DNA of 47,380 bases from NCBI GenBank assembly GCA_900128395.1, contig LT649276.1, forward strand, positions 1 to 47,380, read 5' to 3'. Shown in pieces: positions 11,415 through 21,098 of this stretch (the stretch's first letter is position 1; each line of letters opens with the position of its first letter). A program made the translations under genes and the position numbers. The notes beneath the pieces were generated by a model. That model ran no database searches, was not told the origin of the DNA, and saw nothing but the letters and a program-made list of their open reading frames with translations. The DNA comes from Stramenopiles sp. TOSAG23-2. Taxonomy: Eukaryota.

Positions 11415-12381
11415 ACACAAAAAATCTCTATGTAGATCGTGATTAGCTATCATATTATCATATGTATTGAATATTTATATATATAACATTTTATATTATA
11501 TATTATGATAATCATATAATTAAATTTATTATGCCAATTTTAATTTTTTTATCTCACTAAAATCGAAGTCAGATGATACATCGTAATATTATATTTAAAT
11601 ATGACATAGTAATGCTCTGTAAAAAAATATACGACGACGACGGCTCGTGTATTTTTTCTACATAATATTTACATTGCCATTCTCCTTATAGCCTTCAGGT
11701 TACAAAGGCTGCCCTAGCCCTGACCCTGGCAAGGAAAATCTCTGGGTCCAGAGTAGGCTGGCCCAGCTGGCCCACAGCTGGCCGCTGGCCTCGCACGCGA
11801 AAATCTTTGGGGTTCCGAGAATCCACGCACATCATATCCGGGGTTTTTTTGTGTGTCCATCACACCTTTTAGCTAGCTACTGAGCATACTCGTAGTACTG
11901 TACTGTATGTATTAATATGTACAGTATTATAGACTGTAGATAATATCACCACAGCACCAGCAAAGTAGGAGCTAGCTAGCTCTAGCTACTGTAGTCTATA
12001 CTATCACCACAGGTACTGTAAGTTTACAGCACAAGTCTGCTTGTTGTGTGTGCCTGCTGCTGGCTGGGCTGCTCGTTGCTCGCTGGCTCGTGCTTGTGAT
12101 GATGGCCTGCAACCTTTGTTGCGAAGTGCATCCAAAATACTGTACCACATTGGTGGGCTGTATCTTTTATTATATACATGATAGATTGATAGATAGAGAG
12201 AGAGACAGGACAAACATAATTTATCCATTGAAGACATTCAACATATACTATACAGTTTTGAAACGTGGAACGTAAGTAAGTATACACTTATCATTCAAAT
12301 TGTTTTATTTTTTCCGTTTCTATATATTTAATTGTTTTTTATCTATTAGAAAAACAAATTTTTGAGTTAAGGAATTTCAAC

Positions 12382-15300
12382 ATGGATGCACCGGGAAATG
12401 TGGAGTTTTTGGTACAAAAGTACATGGCTACTGTGTCGCTACATTTAGGTAATACATATCCACATATTTATAATCTTTTTTTGAATACAATGGGCAATTT
12501 TCACAATAATCATATAACTGCAAAACAGTGTTTAAAAAAAATACGTCATTTGTTTCGTAATTTTCCTGCATTAATTCAAGGCTTTGAGGCAATGTATGGT
12601 ATGCTTTTAAAAAAGACTACAAAATCATCTTATGTTCATAAAGGAAAAAGAAATAGTAATAATAATAATAATAATGATAACAATAATGATAATAATAATG
12701 ACAATAATAATAATAACAATAATAATGATAACAATAATGACAACAATAATGATATTAATAATGATATTAATAATAATATTTCGGGTGCTATTGCACATAG
12801 GAATACAAAATTGAAAAACAGAGACAAATGGAAACAAGTTGTACAAAGCAAAAAATATAAGACACGGTTGGAAGCAACCTCGCAGGCTCGTAGGCAGATA
12901 AAAAGAGCGCATCACTCAGCAAATTCTCATGGGCGTACATACAAATCTCCAAAAGAGGAAAACAATGCAATACCAACTTCCATTTTACCACCGCAACATA
13001 AATTCAATGTTCAAAGCGGCAAATTGGTTGCAAAAAAAACTATAATAGTGCCTACTAGAATTGATTACGATGACTCCCTTGGTTCCAGTGTCAGTGGTAG
13101 TGGTGATAGTAGTAGTAGTAGTAGCAGCAGCAGCGACGACGACGCTGATGAAGACGAGGAGGGGGGGGAGGGGGAGGAAGAAGAAGAACACAAAAATAGT
13201 GATCATACCACAATCAAACAAGAAGATTTTTACGTAAAAAAATCTACTACTGCAAGACAGAGAGCTATGGTACTTAATAAAAAGCAGAATACTGATTGTG
13301 ATCATGATGACAAAATTGATTCTTCGATTTCTTCATCTAATTTATCAGAAGGGAATATATCACCATCATTAGATGATACGAAGCCAGCAAAAGCATTAAT
13401 GTATCCAAGAGCATATGACATTTACGATCAAATGGTAAAGAAAGGTAGTAGTGTGAGGAATAATACAGAAATTAAAGTTGGCAACACTGTTATTGAAAGT
13501 TGTGCTGTTAGAAACCTACCGAAAAAATTGAAGACGATCCAATTTCAGGATACATTAATTTCTGGGCCAATCACTGAAGCGTTGAAGAAAGCCAAAGTAG
13601 AAGAAATAGCAATTAATGAAAAATTCGATTATGAACATGATGATAATGATATTGAAGAAGAGCAAAAAAAATTAATTGAGAAGAATGTTCTCATTTCTAT
13701 GAGAAATGAGTTGGTAAAGAATATCAAGACATGCCTTGATACACTTTTTCGGGAAGTTCGACCAACAGATATATTATATGCTATAAAATTACAACATCTT
13801 GAAAATATAGAATCGATGGAAGATGGGAGAGACGAGGAGGACACTCAAAATGAAGTTTCTGATGTAGGAAAGGTTCAAAATGACATCTCCGATGATGGCA
13901 CTAGCGCTAAAATAGAAAATAAAGATGAGGCAGAAAATGCTACAATAGATGATAATAAATATAAAATTTCTCAACAGATAAAGAATGCTTTTCAAAACCT
14001 AAAAGACATGTTAATGAAATGGCATGACAGACAGTTGCGAAATAATATATTAAAAAAAGATGCAAATAATCTATTCAAATACCTAAGCTACGTTCAAGTT
14101 ATGAAGGATATTAGACGTAAAAATTGGAAATTAAGTATTGAGGATACGGAGATAACTTCGTGTCAACGTGTAAAATCGGTTGCAAAATATTTATCAGGCA
14201 AATTCAAGCAACCAGTGGCAGCAAAGAAGCGCCGAATTGTGCCTGTGGTGGGAACGCGTATTATTTACGGTCGTGGTTCGTCATACAATGACACATACTT
14301 TCATGATGCGATCCCATACCCACTTTTTCCACCAAACCCATTATCAGCACCATACATTACATTAACAAGCAATTTTTACAAAGAAGATGAAAATGTACTT
14401 CGTTTTATACCATATTTTAGCGATAAGGAACTTGAAGAGGTTGTAGATATTAATGCTTACGATGTTGTTCCAGGTGAAGAACGAACGCCAATTAGGCATG
14501 AGGTAGATGATTATTTAGCTATCCTACTCACATTTGGTCTTACAAGAGCACTGCAACACCATCAAAGTAATCTTAAAATCAAAGACAAGAAAAGACCACT
14601 TTCAACATCTAGTGGTAGAAAAAAGATAGATCGTGGTGGTGGGGACGACCAGAATGATGAAAAATTCGACAATACTAGTGATGACATTCCTATTATTATT
14701 CACAACTTGCATACATTTCGTAATATTCCAAAATATATTTTCGATATGGTGGGTGAAATTATGAATTTTGATGGCCAAATAGTTTATCATCGAATAGAAA
14801 AACTGGCATTCAAAGATCGAGGTACGTACTTCGATGGGACTGGCCTTTACAAATTGTTGGATGACTGGTCACTACATGTGAAACATAGGAGCGTTTGCGT
14901 AAAATATATAGAGGGTTCCGCATTGTCAATACAAAAGTGGAAGAAGGTATATGGCAGTGACTATATGAGACTATTGAATAACAATGTGAATATTGATCTT
15001 TCACAGGAAACAAAACTTAATAATGTAAAAAAAAATAATCATACAATTCTCAAGCCGATATCTAAAAAATTTGAGCTTTCAAAATTTTATACCTTGTATT
15101 CAAATGCGGAGACAACATTGTTAAAAACTGTCGAGAAAAAGAACAAGACAACTTCGCCAACTGTGTGTGAAAAAGATGGTGGCGAAGAAATTAAGCAAAA
15201 TCAGGTTGAATGGGTCAATGATTCTTACTCTACGTTATTTTGCCGTAGATGTTATGTGTATGATTGCCAAAAGCATGGAATTTCACAACCGCAACCGCGA

Positions 15301-16845
15301 TTTTTATCGTTTACCTCCACTGAAAATGCTTTACCATGTTCCGGCGCAAATGGTTATGGTTGTTATCTACACGACATACCGACAGAGAAGCAAATGTTCA
15401 AATATTTCAAATCAATCAATTTAAAGAATGAATATCCTGACTTTAAGAACCGTTTCCATAATATGTCAAGACGGCGCAAAAAATCAATTGCCGTTTATTT
15501 GCAAAAGCATATTGATCGAAGTGTATATCAATCATGGCTAGGGGACGATTCGACTCAATCTAATAAGCAGAAGATAGGAAGGATCTTGAATTGTAAATTT
15601 GATAGAATCATGGATCAATCCATCGTCAACAATTTAACAGATATAAATAGTAATGATAGCAAAAGCGAATTGCCTGCAAGTGCGGCTCCATTTATACGTA
15701 AGGTCTTAAGTACCACAAATGGCAACATATGTCAAGCAGTAAAAATATTAGGAAAATATTGGAATAAAAAGGAAAAAATTGGTTTGATTAATTGTCAAAC
15801 GCTTTTTGCATTTCTATGTAATTATGACTTGGAATTGATAAATCCATCAACCGATTTTTCGTATGGCAAAAATAGGAAAATGCGTAGACGTAAGAGAAAA
15901 GGGACTAAATTTTCACAACAATGGTCAAAACGTAATATTTTGCATCAATTATACCAACCTTGTGATCATCCAGGTTCGTGTACAGCAGCAAATGGTTGTC
16001 CTTGCATAGCGAACAACAATTATTGCGAGAAATATTGTGCCTGTTCGATAAAGTGCTCTAATCGTTTCAAAGGTTGTGGTTGCCATCTCAAATGCAATAC
16101 GCGTACTTGTGCTTGTTTCGCTGCAAACCGGGAATGCGATCCAGATAATTGTAATCGTTGTATTCATGATGGAAGCTGTTTAAATAGCCATAAAAAAAAT
16201 CGCAATGATAAACAACGCATAATAATGGGGCATTCATCTATCCATGGTTGGGGAGCATTTACTCCTAGTTTTATCAAAAAAGGCTCATACGTATATTCTT
16301 ACGTTGGCGAATTGATTTCTCAAAACGAAGCAGATCGACGAGGCAAAATTTATGACAAACTAAAATGTAGTTTCCTGTTTAATTTAAATGATGATCAGGT
16401 TATTGATGCCACGCGGAAAGGCAACAAATTAAAATATGCAAATCATTCACACGAATATGCAAATATGAAGCCAAAAGTTGTCATGTCAAATGGTGATCAT
16501 TGTGTGCAAATGTATGCAATACGTAATATTGAGCCTGGAGAAGAGTTGTGCTTTGATTATGGATATGGGAAAGATGTTGCCCCAGATTGGGCTAAACGTG
16601 GTGTTCGAAAATTTAAACATGGCAGTAGTAAAAAGCATGCTACAAAAGAAGTGAATGAGGATGGCGATGAGGAATTATCGGAGACTAACGGGAATTTTAG
16701 TGGTGAAAGCTTGGAAAGTGGCAGTGACGATGATGACGATAAGGATAGTAGCAGTGATAGTAGTACTAGTGCCGGTAGTGAGAGTAATATTAGTTCCAGT
16801 AGTAGCGATGATGACGAGGACGGCGAGGATAAAGATGACAAGTGA
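12382..16845 (+). CDS. E(z): Enhancer of zeste (PRC2 H3K27 methyltransferase) with N-terminal PAH-like domain
   Basis: SAL/SRM-like NFYKEDENVLRFIPY, MCSS LFCRRCYVYDCQKH, CXC (YQPCDHPG..CEKYCAC..CACFAANRECDPD) and SET (YVGELISQNEADRRGKIYD..SFLFNLN..DATRKGNK..ANHS..GEELCFDY). Confidence 0.95.
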   Translation: MDAPGNVEFLVQKYMATVSLHLGNTYPHIYNLFLNTMGNFHNNHITAKQCLKKIRHLFRNFPALIQGFEAMYGMLLKKTTKSSYVHKGKRNSNNNNNNDNNNDNNNDNNNNNNNNDNNNDNNNDINNDINNNISGAIAHRNTKLKNRDKWKQVVQSKKYKTRLEATSQARRQIKRAHHSANSHGRTYKSPKEENNAIPTSILPPQHKFNVQSGKLVAKKTIIVPTRIDYDDSLGSSVSGSGDSSSSSSSSSDDDADEDEEGGEGEEEEEHKNSDHTTIKQEDFYVKKSTTARQRAMVLNKKQNTDCDHDDKIDSSISSSNLSEGNISPSLDDTKPAKALMYPRAYDIYDQMVKKGSSVRNNTEIKVGNTVIESCAVRNLPKKLKTIQFQDTLISGPITEALKKAKVEEIAINEKFDYEHDDNDIEEEQKKLIEKNVLISMRNELVKNIKTCLDTLFREVRPTDILYAIKLQHLENIESMEDGRDEEDTQNEVSDVGKVQNDISDDGTSAKIENKDEAENATIDDNKYKISQQIKNAFQNLKDMLMKWHDRQLRNNILKKDANNLFKYLSYVQVMKDIRRKNWKLSIEDTEITSCQRVKSVAKYLSGKFKQPVAAKKRRIVPVVGTRIIYGRGSSYNDTYFHDAIPYPLFPPNPLSAPYITLTSNFYKEDENVLRFIPYFSDKELEEVVDINAYDVVPGEERTPIRHEVDDYLAILLTFGLTRALQHHQSNLKIKDKKRPLSTSSGRKKIDRGGGDDQNDEKFDNTSDDIPIIIHNLHTFRNIPKYIFDMVGEIMNFDGQIVYHRIEKLAFKDRGTYFDGTGLYKLLDDWSLHVKHRSVCVKYIEGSALSIQKWKKVYGSDYMRLLNNNVNIDLSQETKLNNVKKNNHTILKPISKKFELSKFYTLYSNAETTLLKTVEKKNKTTSPTVCEKDGGEEIKQNQVEWVNDSYSTLFCRRCYVYDCQKHGISQPQPRFLSFTSTENALPCSGANGYGCYLHDIPTEKQMFKYFKSINLKNEYPDFKNRFHNMSRRRKKSIAVYLQKHIDRSVYQSWLGDDSTQSNKQKIGRILNCKFDRIMDQSIVNNLTDINSNDSKSELPASAAPFIRKVLSTTNGNICQAVKILGKYWNKKEKIGLINCQTLFAFLCNYDLELINPSTDFSYGKNRKMRRRKRKGTKFSQQWSKRNILHQLYQPCDHPGSCTAANGCPCIANNNYCEKYCACSIKCSNRFKGCGCHLKCNTRTCACFAANRECDPDNCNRCIHDGSCLNSHKKNRNDKQRIIMGHSSIHGWGAFTPSFIKKGSYVYSYVGELISQNEADRRGKIYDKLKCSFLFNLNDDQVIDATRKGNKLKYANHSHEYANMKPKVVMSNGDHCVQMYAIRNIEPGEELCFDYGYGKDVAPDWAKRGVRKFKHGSSKKHATKEVNEDGDEELSETNGNFSGESLESGSDDDDDKDSSSDSSTSAGSESNISSSSSDDDEDGEDKDDK

Positions 16846-16888
16846 ATATTTGAATATTTGTAAAATAAAAAAAAATATTATATTAGTC

Positions 16889-16927
16889 TATCATGAGTAA
16901 ATTAAAACAATAAATTATGCGTAAATT
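16889..16927 (+). repeat. Solo copy of the dispersed 3' element that forms the 31835-32173 inverted repeat
   Basis: TATCATGAGTAAATTAAAACAATAAATTATGCGTAAATT is near-identical to the arms of the inverted repeat. Confidence 0.85.
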
Positions 16928-17039
16928 AAATTATATATCTCTCTAAATATTTATATTATATATTATGCATATCATATAAAATAGACTTCGTATTTTAAAT
17001 ATATATATGTATATGTATATATAGTATTATATACGAACG

Positions 17040-17073
<34 letters not shown>

Positions 17074-17216
17074 ATTATCTTGCCAGGCTTGCGGCGGCGC
17101 ATGAGAGCTTTATCATAGTAGGATTAAATTCTTTTCTTAGATTGAGTATTGAACCTAGGTATTCGAGCTATAACCTGATGAAAAATGTGCATACTTTTAC
17201 TTGAGTATTTATTTTT

Positions 17217-17486
17217 TTAATATTCTTCAACACCACCACGTAAAAACATTGAAGTAGCGTTAGTGCAGGAGTACACACCTGGTGGCAATCTAGCAGCATC
17301 AGCAGTTGTGTAACATGCTGATGGTACCGCTTCGCATTGACACCAAGCACATCCACCGCCAGTTTTCGTATCGGCTAAACATGATTTCTTATCTGGATGG
17401 TCTGTATTGCACGGGTCGGTTTGAGCTGATATGCATGATAATACTAATATAAACATGAATAAACACGTTAAAAATGTGTTTGACAT
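17217..17486 (-). CDS. Small secreted cysteine-rich protein (PSI-like Cys spacing)
   Basis: Hydrophobic signal peptide followed by C..C..GGGCAWCQC..C..C; 89 aa; more GC-rich than its flanks. Confidence 0.75.
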   Translation of the reverse strand: MSNTFLTCLFMFILVLSCISAQTDPCNTDHPDKKSCLADTKTGGGCAWCQCEAVPSACYTTADAARLPPGVYSCTNATSMFLRGGVEEY

Positions 17487-18042
17487 AGTTAATTCTTGAA
17501 TAATTTATTTTCTCTTTCTCGAAACTTACTACTGCCGCAAACTACTTTTTTTTGTTTCGTCCTTTTTAAAAATCTTTGATTGGTTATGATTTGTTTTATT
17601 TTTATTTTTATTTTTATATATATAATATAATCTATATAATAATAAAGCTAAAAAAAAGGCACCACGGAAAAAAAGAAGAAGATGATATTATATTATCATG
17701 GAGACGTGCAGACGTGCAGACCTGATACATGTATATTTTTATTATGTATCATATTAGGCCTTATCTTCTATTATTTTGTACAAGTACAAAAAATACCTAA
17801 TCTGGCCTATCAAATATAGCAAACACTACAAATCTACTGAGTATATGAAAAGGACTACATTAAGTACAAATATGATAGGAAATGAAAAACAGAAAACTCG
17901 GCAGAAAAACACAATTTTCAAGAGTAAAATGTTGAAAGGCCTGTGTCCATGCTAATTTCTACATGCTATTTCCATATATTAAAAAAACTTCATAGCGAAA
18001 ATTATCATTACTATAGAAAACAACAAAAAATCTCCATACTAT

Positions 18043-18174
18043 AGTTTTAAGTACTCTAACAAAAATATGTAAATTAGACTACCAAATTTATACTACAATT
18101 ATATAACAAGTTTTAAGTACTCTAACAAAAATATGTAAATTAGACTACCAAATTTATACTACAATTATATAACA
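18043..18174. repeat. Perfect 2 x 66-bp tandem duplication
   Basis: AGTTTTAAGTACTCTAAC...TATATAACA starts at 18043 and again at 18109. Confidence 0.95.
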
Positions 18175-19017
18175 CCTCAAACACAAATATTTTTGCCAAT
18201 TTTATTTTCAATTTCAGAAGTTCCGCTAAAGTGGGTACAAAAATTGAGAAATTTCATCAAATATATAAAATTTGCATTACGTCTCACAACATCATTCCCC
18301 AAATTTTGAACTCATATAAAGTTCCACATCCTTTCTTCATATATATAACTTGTATCTCTAAACTCCAACCAAAATAAATATTACATTTACATGAAACGCT
18401 AGACCCAAAGTGAATTTTTACTAAAAAATGCACATTTTTGGACACTTTTATTAAGGTTTTACAAGCCTATTCCATAGTAAGGGTACTTTGACATGCAATT
18501 GAAACGTCGTTAGTAAAGTATGTTCCTGACACTCAGTTGTCATCAACTTACTCTTAAGTTTGGCTCTATACATATCAAAATGATATCCCATACAACTTTT
18601 CTATTAAAATTTTAATTGACTTGAGATATATTGTTTCGATTATACCCCATTTTGCAATGTATTTGAACATGCCTGAAAAAGACCTAGAATTCCAGATTGA
18701 TTTTCATTCACATAAATTCTAAATGAAGCTAGAAATCTTCATTTTAAACACGAAACATAAAAATAACTTTTCTCCGAGAGTTTACGTGTAAAATTATGTT
18801 TTTAAAGAAAAGTGCTGAGATTTTTTTTAAAATCGTACGTTAGCATGGAGTTAGTATTAGACCACTTTTGCATTGAGATGGTGAAAATCATGAAAGGTTG
18901 AAAATTTTCATTGAAGTTATACATATTAGACTTTGAAACGTTGCATATCTGTTGTTTATCATGTATGCAATGTCTGTAGCTCGTGGTCTGGGGAGTTTAA
19001 CAGTAGAACCTTGCTTA

Positions 19018-19359
19018 TGAAAAATATCGTGCATTTTGATCATTTACATTAGGGTTAGAGATGCTAGCATTACTCAGCATTGCGGGGTCATACCCGTACA
19101 TGACGGGACCTCTCACTCTATTTTTCAGCACCCACATATACTCACACGAATGCCATTTCTACACTTTCCTATTATATACAAAGCTGAAAAAAAATATCGT
19201 GCATTTTGATCATTTACATTAGGGTTAGAGATGCTAGCATTACTCAGCATTGCGGGGTCATACCCATACATGACGGGACCTCTCACTCTGTTTTTCAGCA
19301 CCCACATACACTCACACGAATGCCATTTCTACACTTTCCTATTATATACAAAGCTGAAA
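19018..19359. repeat. 2 x ~170-bp tandem duplication with 3 substitutions
   Basis: AAAATATCGTGCATTTTGATC...AAAGCTGAAA is repeated. Differences: CCCGTAC/CCCATAC, CTCTATT/CTCTGTT, CATATA/CATACA. Confidence 0.95.
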
Positions 19360-20110
19360 CCAATACCTAAAAGTCGTATACTGATCACCTAAACAATTCC
19401 CGACCATTCTCCTGTCCATACACCGGATATAAGTCGAGCTTTACACCGATATGTGATTTTCAAGATCGGGTTAGTTTAGGGTTATAGACCAAAAAATGAC
19501 CAAAATATTGAAATTTTTTCAGAAATATCACCAAAATACAATGTGTCGATTTTTTCTATCTAAATCTTCTACAAATTAATCCGTTATAAGACACACCTCT
19601 TAACACATGTCTAACGGAAAGAAGTACATGAATATTTTGATCTAATTATGTTTCAAATGAAACTTATACTGTAACGAATTTTTTTCAAAATGGTGATTTT
19701 TTTCAAATTAGTATGGACATAGGCTGGACTAAAACTGGAAAATTTGAAAATTACAAAAGGTAGTTTTTTACATATACAGATACATGTCTTTAGCAAAATA
19801 AGTATCCACGATCAATTTGTATATGTTTAGTAATAAATAAACGAAATACACCAATATTCTTGTATCTACTTCATATTTGAATAACCGTTAAAAGTTGAAA
19901 AAAACGCGTAACCCTATAGCTGTAACACTACTTGATAGGTGGATTTCACTTGTAGTGTCGGCTCTGTCTCACACAATTTAGTACAAAAATATTATACTAA
20001 ATGTTTGATAGGTTTCAATATTCCAAAAACGATATTTACAATTTATGTAAAAAATGACATTTCCATCTAAAATATGATATTTCGTAATGATATCATATTT
20101 GGTGGTATTC

Positions 20111-20253
20111 ATATGTAATTTTAAGAAAAGGATGAAATTGTTAAAATGACGAGTAATTTTTACATGTATTTTGTGTTTGTATTTATATGTAATTTTAAGA
20201 AGATGATGAAATTGTTAAAATGACGATGTAATTTTTACATGTTTTTTGTGTTT
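20111..20253. repeat. Diverged 2 x ~74-bp tandem duplication
   Basis: ATATGTAATTTTAAGAA...TTTTGTGTTT starts at 20111 and again at 20185. Confidence 0.85.
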
Positions 20254-20960
20254 TATAAAATGGATATTTTTATAATTTAATGATTTCTATGAATTTTATA
20301 ATTTATTTTAGTCATTTCGGTAAATTAATAATTTATTTAAGTACAAATTTTAGTGTAAAAATTTGATGCCAGAAATTCTGCTATCCCTAATTTCTGAAAA
20401 CAAGAAATGTCAAAATTATTTTGCCAATTGATAGGAAAAATAGTATACTAGTGGAGCCTAAGTTTCAAAAGGTATTTTCACTGTTTTTCGTTTGTTTTCA
20501 TGTAATGAAATGAAAAATCCATGTGATGGTAGATGAAAATAGAAAATTTATGCAGTAAAAGCTGAAAATGATAAAATTTTGATGAAAATTTCCCTGTTGA
20601 TCACCAAAACGCTATTAATTGAATTTTTTTCCCATTGTTATTAGTTTTAAAATGGCTTAAATCCCCAGCTTCCCAAAAAGACCTGAAATCTCATTTTCCC
20701 AAAAGAATACGAAATAATTATATTTAAGTACGATTTTTCAATCATTTGATAGACTACCTACAGGTTTTTAGGAGTTTAAGGAGTTTGGTGAAAAACAGCA
20801 CGAAGTACTCGTAGCATACAAATAGGCTTACGAAGTTGACTTTATTTTTGGGGGTGCGTGGTGGTTAACCAGGTTAACCTTCTTTTTTTTTTTTTTTTTA
20901 ATAATTAATAAAAAAATTTTTATTACCATACAATTCTAGAACAATACTTGTTTGTGATTA

Positions 20961-20990
20961 TTAGACTCTTTCTTTCGAGAAAGAGTCTGA
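20961..20990 (+). other. Stable hairpin with TTCG tetraloop upstream of the GPI-PLD gene
   Basis: TTAGACTCTTTCT-TTCG-AGAAAGAGTCTGA: 11 Watson-Crick pairs plus 2 outer pairs. Confidence 0.6.
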
Positions 20991-21098
20991 CGACGCAGAC
21001 TAACTTGTGATAAACATATATAATAATCACATAATTTAGATCGATATTTGTTTGTGTTTTAGCATCAGCTACATATCAATAATTACCCGTTGTAAAAA

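Noticed and set aside
5585-16845. Functional cluster of chromatin genes (Eaf6, cullin, E(z))
   Set aside because: Adjacency in a compact eukaryotic genome is likely chance; there is no evidence of co-regulation.
17075-17180. GC-richer patch as a snoRNA/tRNA or extra exon (minus-strand LEYLGSILNLRKEFNPTMIKLSCAAASLAR*)
   Set aside because: There are no proper C/D boxes or cloverleaf, and no supportable upstream donor or homology.
17755-20830. Terminal inverted repeats bounding the gene-free block
   Set aside because: Only a 9-bp CTATCAAAT/ATTTGATAG match; it does not extend, and there is no TSD or transposase remnant.
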